Assembly (NCBI RefSeq): GCF_963921235.1
Contig: NC_086108.1
Span: 81,036,001 to 81,100,000 of the forward strand
Origin: Mobula hypostoma
Lineage: Eukaryota
DNA: 64,000 bases
Direction: 5' to 3'
The notes beneath the pieces are model-generated. The model worked only from the letters and a program-made list of their open reading frames with translations, ran no database searches and had not been told where the DNA came from. Positions 25,279-36,874 of this stretch are shown here, one piece after another. The translations under genes and the position numbers were made by a program. Within the stretch, counting starts at the first letter, position 1, and each line of letters begins with the position of its first letter.

Positions 25279-26656
25279 GATAAGAGTACAGACTGTTGCA
25301 AACAACATATACGGCACTCGCTTGATAGCATGGCAGAGGCTCCACGAAAGAAGGCGAAAACATACAAGTTCCATCCAGAATGGGAAGAGGAATTTCTATT
25401 TACCTTGGTGAAAGATGAGTGTGTATGTATGTTGTGCCACCAAACACAAGCGCTGACTAAAAGAGGGAATCTGGAGTGGCACCACAACACCAACCACCAG
25501 AAATTTAAAGAGTCCTACCCCCCAAAGGGCGCAATTCGTGCTAGGAAAGTTGAGGAACTGAAATCTGGGTTGAAGGCCCGGCAATCGTTTTTCACAAAAC
25601 ATGCTGCTCAAAATAAGGCTGCTATTGAAGCATCATTTTGTGTAAGTCACCTTTTGGCTAAACACAAGAAGCCTTTTACAGATGGCGATTTATTCAAGGA
25701 AGCAATGGCCATTACCGCAGAGACTGTTTTTAATGACTTTAAAAACAAAAACGACATCACAACCACAATACATAATATGCCGCTTGGCCCTGCAACAGTG
25801 ACAAGGAGGGTAGAGTCACTAACAGACGACGTGGATTGACAAATGTTAAAGGAATTGTCACTCTGAATATTTTTCACTACAGTTTGATGAAGCCCTGGAT
25901 GTATTGCAAACAGCTTGCTGTATTTGTCAGAATGGCTTTCCAGGATTTTACAACAAAGGAGGACTTCCTCACTCTTTTGCAATTAAAGGAGAGAACGAGA
26001 GGTGAGGATATTTACAATGAGTTTAAAAAATATGTCTGTGAAAATGACATCCTCATTCATAAACTGGTGGCAATTACTACTGATGGGGCCCCAGCAATGT
26101 GCAGTGTACGTGTTGGTTTTATAGCACTAAAAGTCAGTGCCTTCTTTGGGTCAACTTATCTATGTGAAATCGCATTTTCACAGATGCAAATTATTATATC
26201 TAAGTACAGGAGCTGTCTTACTGACAGACACCTCACAGACTGTCTCAGACTGGCTGTCTGTAGTTATGAGCCAAATTTCGGGGAACTAGCAGAAAGTATT
26301 CAGCCCCAGTCATCACACTGAGTGCAACAGTCAATTTTTATTTATTTATTTTTCATGTTGAAATAAAATTAAATAATGAAACTTAGAAGTAAAGGTGTGA
26401 TGTATTGTAATATTCTTAAATAAAGACATCTATGGCCTGTTTGATATGCTAGTTACAGTGTTTTTCTTGTTTGAATTAATTTGAAAGTTTGACAAAAGTA
26501 TTTTGTGTAATTCAAATACAATTAGCCCAAATAAAAGGCCTCATATTGGAAGTACAATCTAAGCTGTCTTTTCTCTAAACAATTTGGTAGGTAGATCTTG
26601 CCTTTCACTGAGGTCGAGGTAGGGGATCTTGGGCTTAAAAAGGTTGGTGACCACTA
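25279..26656 (+). mobile_element. Internally deleted hAT (Buster/Charlie group, GTF2IRD2/EPM2AIP1-like) transposon; transposase pseudogene about 25330-26321
   Basis: MAEAPRKKAKTYKFHPEWEEEFLF..CVCMLC (BED finger), HLLAKHKKPFTDG, ITTDGAPAM, FGSTYLCEIAFSQM..SKYRSCLTD; frameshift/stop near 25839; right TIR aggttggtgaccacta ends 26656. Confidence 0.85.
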
Positions 26657-27053
26657 TTCTAGTTATTGATGTTCCCTTGTTTTTTGCTTCCCTTATCCAT
26701 CTAGCTGGTAGAGGTCATGGATTTGAAGGTTCTCTCTGTGAGTTGCCTGCAATGCACCTTGTAGATGGTACAGATTGATGCAACTATGCAATGGTGGTAG
26801 AGTGAGTGAGTGGTTGTGATGGGATGCCAACCAACAGGCTGCTTCATCCTGTTGTGGAAGTGAGTCATTTGTCACAGGATTTCTCGCTTCCCTTCTAGCC
26901 ATATTGTGTGTATAGCAATTCCAGTACAGTTTCTGGTCAATGGTAACACTCAGAATATTGTAAAGATGAAAGAGAGCAGCTTATTTGTCACATGTACATT
27001 GAAACATCAAAACATCGAGTGAAATGCTTCACTTGCATCAAACCAAATCAATG

Positions 27054-27172
27054 ATCGGCCCGAAATGTCGACTGTACTCTTTTTCATAGATGCTGCCAGG
27101 CTTGCTGAGTTCCTCCAGCATTTTGTGTGTGTTGCTTGGATTTCCAGCATCTGCAGATTTTCTCCTGTTCAT
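27054..27172 (+). repeat. Penelope pLTR fragment with a truncated hammerhead motif
   Basis: tcggcccgaaatgtcgactgtac..gatgctgcc..tttccagcatctgcag. Confidence 0.7.
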
Positions 27173-27224
27173 GTTCAGTGAGGATTATGCTTGGGGCAGC
27201 CGTAAGTGTCCCCTTGCTTCTGGT

Positions 27225-27800
27225 TGTTGTTGTTGTTGTTGTTCGTCCATCGTTGACGTCGATGAGGACCTCGACACCGTTATGATGGTGTCGAGACTAG
27301 CGCGTGATTTGGATTTAAGTGAGGGAGAGTTGCGCAGCGTCAGCCTCACTCTCTCTTCCCAATTCCCATCTGGATCCAGTGGCAAGACAGAGTCTAGACG
27401 GCTGGAGATGGGACTAGGCGCAGTGGATGACCAGGACGTCTTCTGTGTCTTGTCCTGCTGTACACGTTCCACGACGCTTGCAGAGACCGCCTTCTTGACC
27501 GTTGGACCTTCCATTGGTCTTGTCCGCTCAATCCGCCGGAGTCTGTCTTCACGTGCTGGGATAGACAACTCCCTATCACACCGAGGGTTTGAGACCCGTC
27601 GGCTACCCTCACCTGGTTTAGCCGGCTTGTCGAAGCCGTTGCCCGGGGTGTGGCCGCTGTCGCATGCAAACAACTACAGGGAGCCACAGGTGAGAGCTGA
27701 GTGCCAGGTGGGGACCAAAGGTGGACTAACCGCCCTGAAAAGGACGCGACATGTTCCCCCACCAGAGGTGCTACCCCTCCCTGACACCCCATATACCCCA
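27225..27800 (-). mobile_element. Young, CpG-rich RTE-derived non-autonomous retroelement with an (AAC)7 tail
   Basis: (GTT)7 at 27223-27243; 11-bp TSD TTGCTTCTGGT (27214-27224, 27808-27818); RTE-like 5'UTR blocks; no RT coding capacity. Confidence 0.75.
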
Positions 27801-27970
27801 TGCTATGTTGCTTCTGGTGCAACATAGCATGCCCACGACTTACTAGTCTTAACCCTAACCTAACCCTAACCTTACATCTTTGGAATGTGGGATGAAAGCA
27901 GAGCACCTGGAGGAAATCCACATGGTCACAAGGAGAATGTACAAACTCCTTATAGAAAATGGTGGGGTTT

Positions 27971-28523
27971 ATCCACCTACGGTCTTTTATTATCCACCTA
28001 CGAACTTTTATTGGCTCTCCTCCATTATGTCCTGTTTAAGTTTAGAGAAAATAAGAAGTCAGACATTTGATACATCCTTTAAATTTGAACAAATATGGCG
28101 ACCTTTTATCCAATATTTTCATTTAATTTAATTTATTACCCATCCACGTTTTTTTTTCGAGGTTTTAGATTTGATCAGAAAGTTTTTCTCTCCTTTTTTT
28201 TGGTTGTATCCTCAAAATGGACTGCCCAATCCCTTTTTTTTTGTTTTGTTTGTTTTGTATTTTTTTAATAGTGTAGTGGGGTTTTTTTCCTCTCTGTTTA
28301 AAACTCAATTTTTTTCCTCTCTCCTTTAAACTGGTAAGAGGAGAATTGTTATTTTCTTTTTTTAAATTATATATTTTATACTAGTTTAACAATATCTATG
28401 ATTTTGACAGTGTCTATTTTAATTTTGGTTACTGATATATATATTTGAACTAATTCTCCTCTTGATTGTATTTGATTGTATCTATGTTTTCTTTCAATCA
28501 ATAAAAAGATTAATAAAGGAAAG
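27971..28523 (+). mobile_element. 5'-truncated fish-type L1 LINE
   Basis: WLSSIMSCLSLEKIRSQ..FEQIWRPFIQYF (L1 ORF2 C-terminus), T-rich 3'UTR, AATAAA tail; 16-bp TSD GAAAAT(G/A)GTGGGGTTT at 27955-27970 and 28524-28539. Confidence 0.85.
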
Positions 28524-30103
28524 GAAAATAGTGGGGTTTGAGTCCCAATCAGTGATTGCTGGTGCTATAAAGCCATTGTGTGACACGTTACCATGCCAAC
28601 CCAATGTCTTTGTTAGGTCATTGATTGTCAGTGGGGGTGGGTGGGTGTTGGGTGAGAGCTAGATATAGATAAATATTTAAGTATGTATAGGATATACAAA
28701 TGGATCGCAATTTGTTCAGAGAATCTGAACTTGGCAAAAAGTGTTTAACTTTGGAAAAGTGTATTGTTATGATAGATGGTATCTCCAGCTCAGACTGGGA
28801 CACAAAGGAGGTGATGAGGAACTGGATATTGGGTGTGGGGGAAACTATACTACAAGATTTGATATATTACTCACAAGGAAACCTAATAATAAATATATAT
28901 AAATATATCTTGAACACTAAATGTTATGAAGGGAAAAGAAGCCAGGTGCTTCCTGTTTCTTTCTTCTGACATTCACAACTTAATCACTTCCCAAGGCAAA
29001 AGGAGGATTACTTTTAAATTGGATTTAATATAGAGGTTAAATTTTCCTAAATATATACAATTAGTCTTGGGTAAGTATATAATTATAGCATCTGTCCAGA
29101 AAGAGAAGATAGGCAGGAAGAAAAACAGATTTTGATTGAGGTCCATATTCATTGCACTGGGCTGCTTCGTTATTTCATCTGACACAGAAAAATCATTCAG
29201 GAGAAACTTATGCCATCAAGGTCATTTGCCTACATTTCTGTTGAGTTAAACAGAGATAAAGTTGAAGGAATGATTAAATATGTCTATTCAGGATATCCTA
29301 TGTATTAAGTGCAGGAATATAGCAATGTTTTCCTATGGTCTTCATATGTATCATGAGTTTCATCCCAGTAGCTGCCAAAAGTCTTTTATTTACTATGGAA
29401 TGGAATGGACAGAGGATGAGGATGAAACCAGGACGAGGACTGCAGAAGGGCAAAGGGTTCAGCAATTCAAATTGATTGGGCAGACATTCAAGTTGCAGGA
29501 GAGCCACTCTGCACTAGGGTAGTGTCAAAGAGCAAGTTTTAGACAGAGTTTCTTTACTTGCTTTGGAGTTATTCGATATATTGGAGCAATATTTACAAAT
29601 GTAAATCGACACCATCTTCAACCACTTACCAACTATTCTGACTGGAAAAACCTCTTGAAGATGTTACTTCACTTTTGTGCTTCAGATTAAATGATTTAAA
29701 GCTTACCAGTCCAGTGATTTGCTTAAAACTCTTTATTCAGGGGATTCTAGCCAACAGCAAAAATATTTACTGCCTCTGGTTTGGATTTGGATGGCTATTG
29801 GCAGCCCTCTAGAAATAGAAGTAGGTTTCAAGTGGGAGATATTTAAAGGCAGGCGCCTGAACAGAATAGAATATTCTCACAACATGAGATAAAGCAATAT
29901 AATTTATTACGCATAACATCTTCTGTTGGAGTGAAAGTTTTATTAGAACATATAAAATAATTTCAAAATGTGGGCAAGAAACAAATTTGTTGCATGTTGA
30001 GGTGGAAATTAAGCTTTGTGAAGCAATGGCCCTGCTATGACATTACATGGAACCAAGCCTTACGCTGATACAAAAACAAACCTCCAAGAAGTGGGTTCAG
30101 GTT

Positions 30104-30590
30104 AGTCATAGTCATAGTCATACTTTATTGATCCCGGGGGAAATTGGTTTTTGTTACAGTTGCACCATAAATAATAAATAGTAATAACACCATATATAGT
30201 TAAATAGTAATATGTAAATTATGCCAGGAAATAAGTCCAGGACCAGCCTATTGGCTCAGGGTGTCTGACCTTCCAAGGGAGGAGTTGTAAAGTTTGATGG
30301 CCACAGGCAGGAATGACTTCCTATGACGCTCTGTGTTGCACGTCGGTGAAATGAGTCTCTGGCTGAATGTACTCCTGTGCCCACCCAGTACATTATGTAG
30401 TGGATGGGAGACATTGACCAAGATGGTATGCAACTTGGACAGCATCCTCTTTTCAGACACCACCGTGAGAGAGTCCAGTTCCATCCCCACAACATCACTG
30501 GCCTTACGAATGAGTTTGTTGATTCTGTTGGTGTCTGCTACCCTCAGCCTGCTGCCCCAGCACACAACAGCAAACATGATAGCACTGACC
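30104..30590 (-). mobile_element. Young Rex1/Babar LINE 3' end
   Basis: Uninterrupted ORF 30248..30577 (VVCWGS..INKLIRKA..ERHRKSFLPVAIKLYN); (TATGAC)n tail. Confidence 0.85.
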
Positions 30591-30669
30591 AGAGATAGTT
30601 AGAAATAGTTGCTCACTAGCAATATCAAATATAATTATAGGCCAGCTAGCTTGACTTCACTGATGATCG

Positions 30670-31785
30670 ATTCCATTATTAAGGATGAGGTTTCAGGGTA
30701 CTTGGAGGCACATGATAAAATAGGCTGAAGTCAACATGGTTTCCTTAAGGAGAAACCTTGCCTGACAAGTCTGTTGGAATTCTTTGAGGAAGTAACTGGC
30801 AGGATAGAAAAAGTGGAGTCAGTGGATGTTATTTACTTGGTTTTTCAGAAGATCTTTAGCAAGGTGCCGCACAAGAGGCTGCTGAACAAGGTAAGAGCCT
30901 GTGGTATTACAGGAAAGATATTGGCATAGATAAAAGACTGGCTGACTGGCAGGAGGCAAAGAGTGGGAATAAAGGGCTTTTTTTGATTGGCTGTCAGTGA
31001 CTAGTGGTGTTCTGCAGGGATTGGTGTTGAGACCAATTCTTTTCACATTATATGTGATTGATTTGGATGACAGAATTGATGGCTTTTTGGCTAAGTTTGT
31101 GGATCATACAAGGAGGTGGAGGGCAAGTAGAGTTGATGAAGAAGGGAATTTACAGCAGGACTTTGCACCTCTGATTTTGTAATCTTCTCCCCTGTTCAAA
31201 AGATAGTCTATGCCTTTATGCCTACAGTCTAGCTGGCAGGTTGAGTTGGTGGTGAGGAAGGCAAATGGAATGTTAGCATTCATCTCGAGAGGACTAGAAT
31301 ATAAGAGCAAGGATGTAATGCTGAGACTTTATAAGGCACTGGTCAGACCGTACTTGGAGAATTGTCAGCAGGTTTTGGCCTCTTATCTAAGAAAGGATGA
31401 AGAGGATCTCATTGAAACGTATCGAATATTGAAAGGCCTGGATAGAGTGGACTTGGAGAGGATGTTTCTTATGGTGATGGAGTCTAGGACCAAAGGGCCC
31501 TGTCTCAGAATAGAAGGATGTCTCTTTAGAACAGAGGTGAGGAACTTCTTTAACCAGAGGGTGGTAAATCTCCGGAATTCATTGCCACAGAAGGCTGGTG
31601 GAGGCCAAATCATTGGATATTTTTAGAGGTGGATGATTGATTCTTCATTAGTCAAGGCATTAAATGTTACGGGGAGATGGGAAGAGAATGGGGCTGAAAG
31701 GGATAATAAATCAGCCATGATGGAATTGCAATCCAGACTTGATGGGACGAATAGCATAAATCTGCTCCTACATCCATGGTCTTAT
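30670..31785 (+). mobile_element. CR1 LINE RT fragment with internal deletions
   Basis: VTSGVLQGLVL..KFVD and ORF 31210..31626 (KALVRPYLENCQQV); CR1 3' tail. Confidence 0.9.
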
Positions 31786-32009
31786 GATGCAGACTGGTAT
31801 TTCTTGCTGTAGATATTGATTTATGTGAAATGTTTGAAGGAAATGTAATAATTTATTCATGGAGCAGGAAGAAGTGGAATAAGGATTATGTATGGGGAAG
31901 GACGTAAAGTGGTTATCTTGTTTGCCCTAATATGACATTATGGATTCTGTACTGAAATGTAGGCTGACCTGGGAAGAGGTTGGTACTACCTGTTTTAATA
32001 TGTCTTCTT

Positions 32010-32535
32010 ATTCGAGCAGCACAGTGAAACAAACATTAAGGTTGTTGCCTCACAATGCCAGAGCAATGGGCTCAGTCCTGACCTCAGGTGCTGTCACTGT
32101 GGAGTTTGTATATTCTCCCTGTGATACATTGGTTTCATCCAGGTGCTCCAGTCACACCCCCTCACCCCCACCATGTCCCAAAGATCTATTGGTTAGTAGG
32201 TTATTTGCTCACTGTCAATAATCCTTTGTGACACACAGAAAATGCTGGAGGAACTCAGCAGGCCAGGCAGCATCCATGGAAAAAAGTACAGTTGATGCTT
32301 CCATGGATGCTGCCTGGCCTGCTGAGTTCCTTAAGCATTTTCTGTGTGCTGCGTGGATTTCCAGCATCTGCAGGTTTTCTCTTCTTTATGAATAGTCCTT
32401 AGTGCGCTGGTGACTGGTAGAACCCAGGGAGACTGCTTAAATCTGGAGAGAATTTATGTGAAGTGCTCATTAATGGTTGGTGGGGTCTCAGAGGGCCAAA
32501 GGACCTGTTTCTGTGCTCTATGTCTCTATGATCCT
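32010..32535 (+). mobile_element. V-SINE/HE1-like SINE containing an inverted Penelope pLTR insertion (32231-32390)
   Basis: tRNA-like head, core gtggagtttgtatattctccctgtga, CR1-like tail; insert flanked by a near-identical 14-bp repeat (32217-32230, 32391-32404). Confidence 0.7.
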
Positions 32536-33014
32536 ATGATATGGTGTCCTCAAGTAAAGGACTGAATTACAAAATCGACACCAGAAGGATTTTTACATTT
32601 TGGAGAAGCGAACACCAGACTCTTGTTTCTTTTCTTTACCTGATCTATAGATACATCTCAGAGAATTGATTAATTCTAGATATTGCTTTCAGGGTGGGGT
32701 TGCCGTTTGTCCTAAATTAACAAAAATGATGTCCACATTATCCCAGCTTTTGCAGTTATTAAGCCCAAGTTTGATAGAGAATCCTCTTTGGCACTGAGCT
32801 TTGGGTTTGAGGGACTAGGCAATTGGACTTTTTAGCAAGAATTACTTGAATTTCAGAAATTCAGATGTAGAAAATTGTCTTGCCAATGGCTTGCTTTTGG
32901 TCAGTATGAACCATGACTTTTGATTAGGAGCAGCCTATTCCCATCCACGTCGCATCAAAGATGCTGAGATACATGGTTGTTTTCCAGAAGCCTTTTATTC
33001 CTTTTGCAGCTATC

Positions 33015-36000
33015 ATAAGACAATAAGATCATAAAACATAGGAGCAGAATTAGGCCATTTGGCACATCGAGTCTGCTCTGCCATTCAATCATAGATGATC
33101 CTTTTTTCCCCTTCTCAGCCCCATTCCCCGGCCTTCTCGTAATCTTTGATACCATGTCCAATCAAGAACCTATCAAGCTTTGCCTTAATTACACCCAATG
33201 ACTTGCCCTACACAGCTGCCTGTGGTAACAAATTCCACAAATTCACCACACTCTGGTGAAAGAAATTTCTCTGCATCCCTGTTTTAAATGGACGTCCCTC
33301 TATCCTGAGGTTGTGCACTCTTATCGTAGGCTCCCCCACCATGCGAAACATCTTTTCCACATCTGCTCTGTCTAGCTGTTTCAACATTCAAAAGGTTTCA
33401 ATGGGATCACCTCTCATCCTTCTAAATTGGATTTTCTCCCCACTTAGAAAATCATTTGCACATTTATTTCTACTACCAAAATGCATGACCATGCATTTTC
33501 CAACATAGTATTTCATTTGCGATTTTCTTGCCCATTCTCCTAATCTGTCTAAGTTCTTCTGCATCCTACCTGTTTCCCCAACACTACCAGCCCCTTTACC
33601 AATCTTTGTATCATCTGCAAACTTAGCATCAAAGCCATCTATTCCATCATCTAAACCATTGATAAACAGCATAAAAAGAAGTGGTCCCAACACCAACTCC
33701 TGCAGAACACCACTAGTCACTGGCAGCCAACCAGAAAATGATTCTTTTATTCCCACTCACTGCCTCCTACCAATCAGCCAATACTCTAACCATGCCAGTA
33801 ACTTCCTGTAATACCATGAGCTCTTAACTTGGTAAGTAGCCTCATGTGTGGCACCTCGTCAATTGCCTTCTTAAAATCCAAATATACAAGATCCACTGCA
33901 TCCCTTTAACTATCGTCCTTGTAATCTCCCCAAAGAAATCCAACAGGTTCATCAGGCAAGATTTTCCCTTTGTCCTATCTTGTCCTGTGTCATCAGGTAT
34001 TCAATAACCTCCATCCTTAACAATTGACTCCAACATCTTCCCAATCACTGATGTCAGGCTAACTGGTCTATATTTTCCTTTCTGCTGCCTTCCTCCTTTC
34101 TTAAAGAATGGAGTGACATTTTCAATTTTCCGGTCTTCTGGCACCTTGCCGAAGTCCAATGATATTTAAAAAATCATTAGTAATGCCTCCACAATCTCTA
34201 CCACTATTTCTTTCAGAACCCTAGGGTGCAGTTGATCTGGTCTGGCTGACTTATGTACCCTTAGGACTTTCAGCATTTTGAGCACCTTCTCCCTTGTCAT
34301 AGTAACTGCACTCACTTCTCTTCCTTCACACCCTTTGACATCTGGCACACTGCTAGTGCCTTCCACAGTGAAGACTAATGCAAATTACGCATTTAGTTCA
34401 TCTGCCATCTCCTTGGCCCCCATTATTATTTCTCCAGCCTCATTTTCTAGTGGTCCTATATCTACTCTCATTTCTTTTTTATTTTTTACATACTTGAAAA
34501 ACTTTTACTATCCGCTTTGATATTGTTTGCTTTCATATTTCATCTTTTCCCTTCTAATGAGTGATTCTTCTAGCTGCTCTTTGTAGGGTTTTAAAAGCTT
34601 CCCAATTCTTTGTCTTTCCACTAATTTTTGCTTTGTTGTATGCCCTCTCTTTTGTTTTTACATTAGTTTTGACTTCCCTTGTCAGCCAAGGTTGTACTAT
34701 TTTGCCGCTTGAGTATTTCTTCATTTTTGGAATAAATCTATACTGCACCTTCCTTATTTTTCCTAGAAACTCACACCATTGCTCCTTTGCTGTTAACTCT
34801 GTCAGCATCTCCTTCCAATTTACTTTGGCCAACTCTCCCATACCACTGTAATTTTCTTTACTCCACTGAAATTCTGCTACGTCAGACTTTACTTTCTCCC
34901 TATCAAAATTAAAGGTGGATTCAATCATATCGTGATCACTGCCTTCTAAGGGTTCTTTTACCTTAAGCTCCCTAATCGCCTCCACTTCATTACATAACAC
35001 CCAATCCAGTATAGCTGATCCCCTAGTAGGCTTAACAGCAAACTACTCTAAAGAGGCTATCTCATAGGTATTCAACAAACTCAGTCTCTTGAGATCTATT
35101 TCCAATCCGATTTTCCCAATCAGCCTGCATGTTGAAATCTCCCATGACTATCAAAACATTGCCCTTTTGGCACTCCTTTTCTATCTCCTGTTGTAATCTG
35201 TGGCCCACATCCTAGTGACTACTGGGAGGCCTGTATATTACTGCCATCAGGGTCCCATCCCACAAGAATTCAACATCTTCCAATCCTATGTCACAGCTTT
35301 TCACTGATTTGATGCCATTCCTTACCAGCAGAGCCACACCTCCCTCTCTGCCTACCTTCCTATCCCTCTGATACGATGTGTAACCTTGGACATTCAGCTC
35401 CCAACTACAACCACCCTTCAGCCACGATTCAGTGGTGGCCACAACATCATCCCCGAGAATTTGCAAGTGTGCAACAAGATCATCCACCTTATTTCTTCTA
35501 CTCTGGGCATTGAGATATAACACTTTGAGTAATGTATTTGCTACCCTTTTTGATTCTACATCCTGAATGCACTGGTGTTCACCCTTCTGGCTGTAATTTT
35601 GTCCTAACATCCGCCTGCCCTTCCTGACAGTCTGACAGCATGCTATCTTTGCTTTTTCACCCTCCGTCCCATCCTGAGTCCCTTCACTCTGGTTCCCACC
35701 CTGCCTGTCAAATTAGTTTAAACCCTCCCCAACAGTTCTAACAAACCTGCCCACGAGAATATTGGTTCCCCTCAGGTTCAGGAGCAAAACGTCACTTTTG
35801 AAGAGGTCATATCTCTTCTGACGAAGAGATCTCAATGATCCAAGAACCTGAAGCCCTGCCCCTTGCACCAGCTTCTCAGCCACACATTAGTCTGCCAAAT
35901 CATCCTGTTTCTACCCTCACTGAAGCATAGCACAGGGAGCAATCTAGAAATTACTACCCAGGAGGTCCTGCTTCTCAGCTTTCTGCCTCGTTTCCTAAGT

Positions 36001-36125
36001 TCTCTTTTCAGGACCTCTTTGCTTTTCCTTTCAATGTCATTGGAACCAATATATACCAAGACAACTGGTTGCTCCCCCTCCCCCTCCAAAATGCCGTGGA
36101 CACGATCCAAGACATCCCTGGCCTC
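33015..36125 (-). mobile_element. Long CR1 LINE (ORF1 esterase, EN, RT), degenerate with deletions
   Basis: ORFs 35832..36110 (VVLVYIGSND, SGNH esterase), 35212..35610 (LYLNAQSRRNK..TESWL), 34554..35000, 34166..34366, 33388..33756 (SGVLQ..KFADDTKIG). Confidence 0.9.
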
Positions 36126-36459
36126 TTGATTACTTATCTTCTATAGGTTATCCATGGAATTTCTTTGGAAAATGATCATCTGAAATTCTCATTGCCTGAC
36201 TTAGACACTGTGGACGTCCTTTCGTGACCATAGGAATGACTGTATTGTTTGACATTAAGGATCTCTGGGTCTCCATTACTTCCACCAGTCACTGCTGCCT
36301 CACCTTATTGTCTTCAGAGGAGAACTAGACTTCAGTGGCTTTATTCCTCCTTCACCCTTCCACCTTGTGACCGCTGAAATGAAAATTTGTGGTTAGCTTC
36401 AGATATAAAGTTTGTTTCACTTACAAATCCAACATGGAAATATAATATCTTGACTGAAT

Positions 36460-36655
36460 GGAAACAACAGGAATTCTGCAGATGCTGGAAATTCAAGCAA
36501 CACACATCAAAGTTGCTGGTGAATGCAGCAGGCCAAGCAGCATCTGTAGGATAACCTTCGTTAGTCCTGACGAAGGGTCTCGGCCTGAAACGTCGACTGC
36601 ACCTCTTCCTACAGATGCTGCTTGGCCTGCTGCGTTCACCAGCAACCTTGATGTG
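36460..36655. mobile_element. Inverted (head-to-head) Penelope pLTR insertion
   Basis: 50-bp inverted arms 36502-36551 and 36607-36656 (2 mismatches); 12-bp flanking direct repeat TCTTGACTGAAT (36448-36459, 36656-36667). Confidence 0.75.
36563..36598 (+). ncRNA. Minimal type I hammerhead ribozyme motif (Penelope-associated)
   Basis: AGTC-CTGACGA-agggtctcggcct-GAAA-C-GTC-GACT: stem I AGTC/GACT, conserved CUGANGA and GAAA core boxes, stem II, palindromic ACGT mini stem III, GUC cleavage triplet. Confidence 0.7.
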
Positions 36656-36874
36656 TCTTGACTGAATAGGATGGTTGAACACTCTGGTCTTTTGTTAGTC
36701 TCACTGCCCTGTAGATTTTTAACAACTTTTAAAAGACATTTGTATACATACATGGATAGGAAAAGTTTAGACGGATATGGCTCAAATGTAGGCAAATGGG
36801 ACTAGCTTAGTCTTGCATCTTGGTTGGCATGAATGAGTTGGGTTGAAGGGCCTGTTTCTGTGCTGTATGACAAG

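Larger units (their letters stand above)
26975..28592 (-). mobile_element. HE1/V-SINE-like SINE split by three younger insertions
   Basis: Core tctttggaatgtgggatgaaagcagagcacctggaggaaatccacatggtcac (V-SINE core, minus) at 27877-27930; tRNA-like head at 28540-28592. Confidence 0.65.

Noticed and set aside
25201..26321. Domesticated GTF2IRD2/EPM2AIP1-like host gene
   Set aside because: Frameshift/stop, large internal deletion and a retained TIR indicate a dead transposon.
27850..27872. Telomere-like aaccctaacctaaccctaacct
   Set aside because: Only about three imperfect units, a local expansion of a motif within the host SINE; not an interstitial telomere array.
27090..27921. Three long overlapping ORFs (245, 162 and 175 aa), one with poly-Cys and one with poly-Gln
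   Set aside because: They run across unrelated repeats; openness reflects a GC-rich young element, and the homopolymers come from the (GTT)7 tail.
29280..29522. Acidic ORF (MEWTEDEDETRT..) ending near a GT
   Set aside because: No clear acceptor or homology and a weak donor; cannot be supported as an exon.
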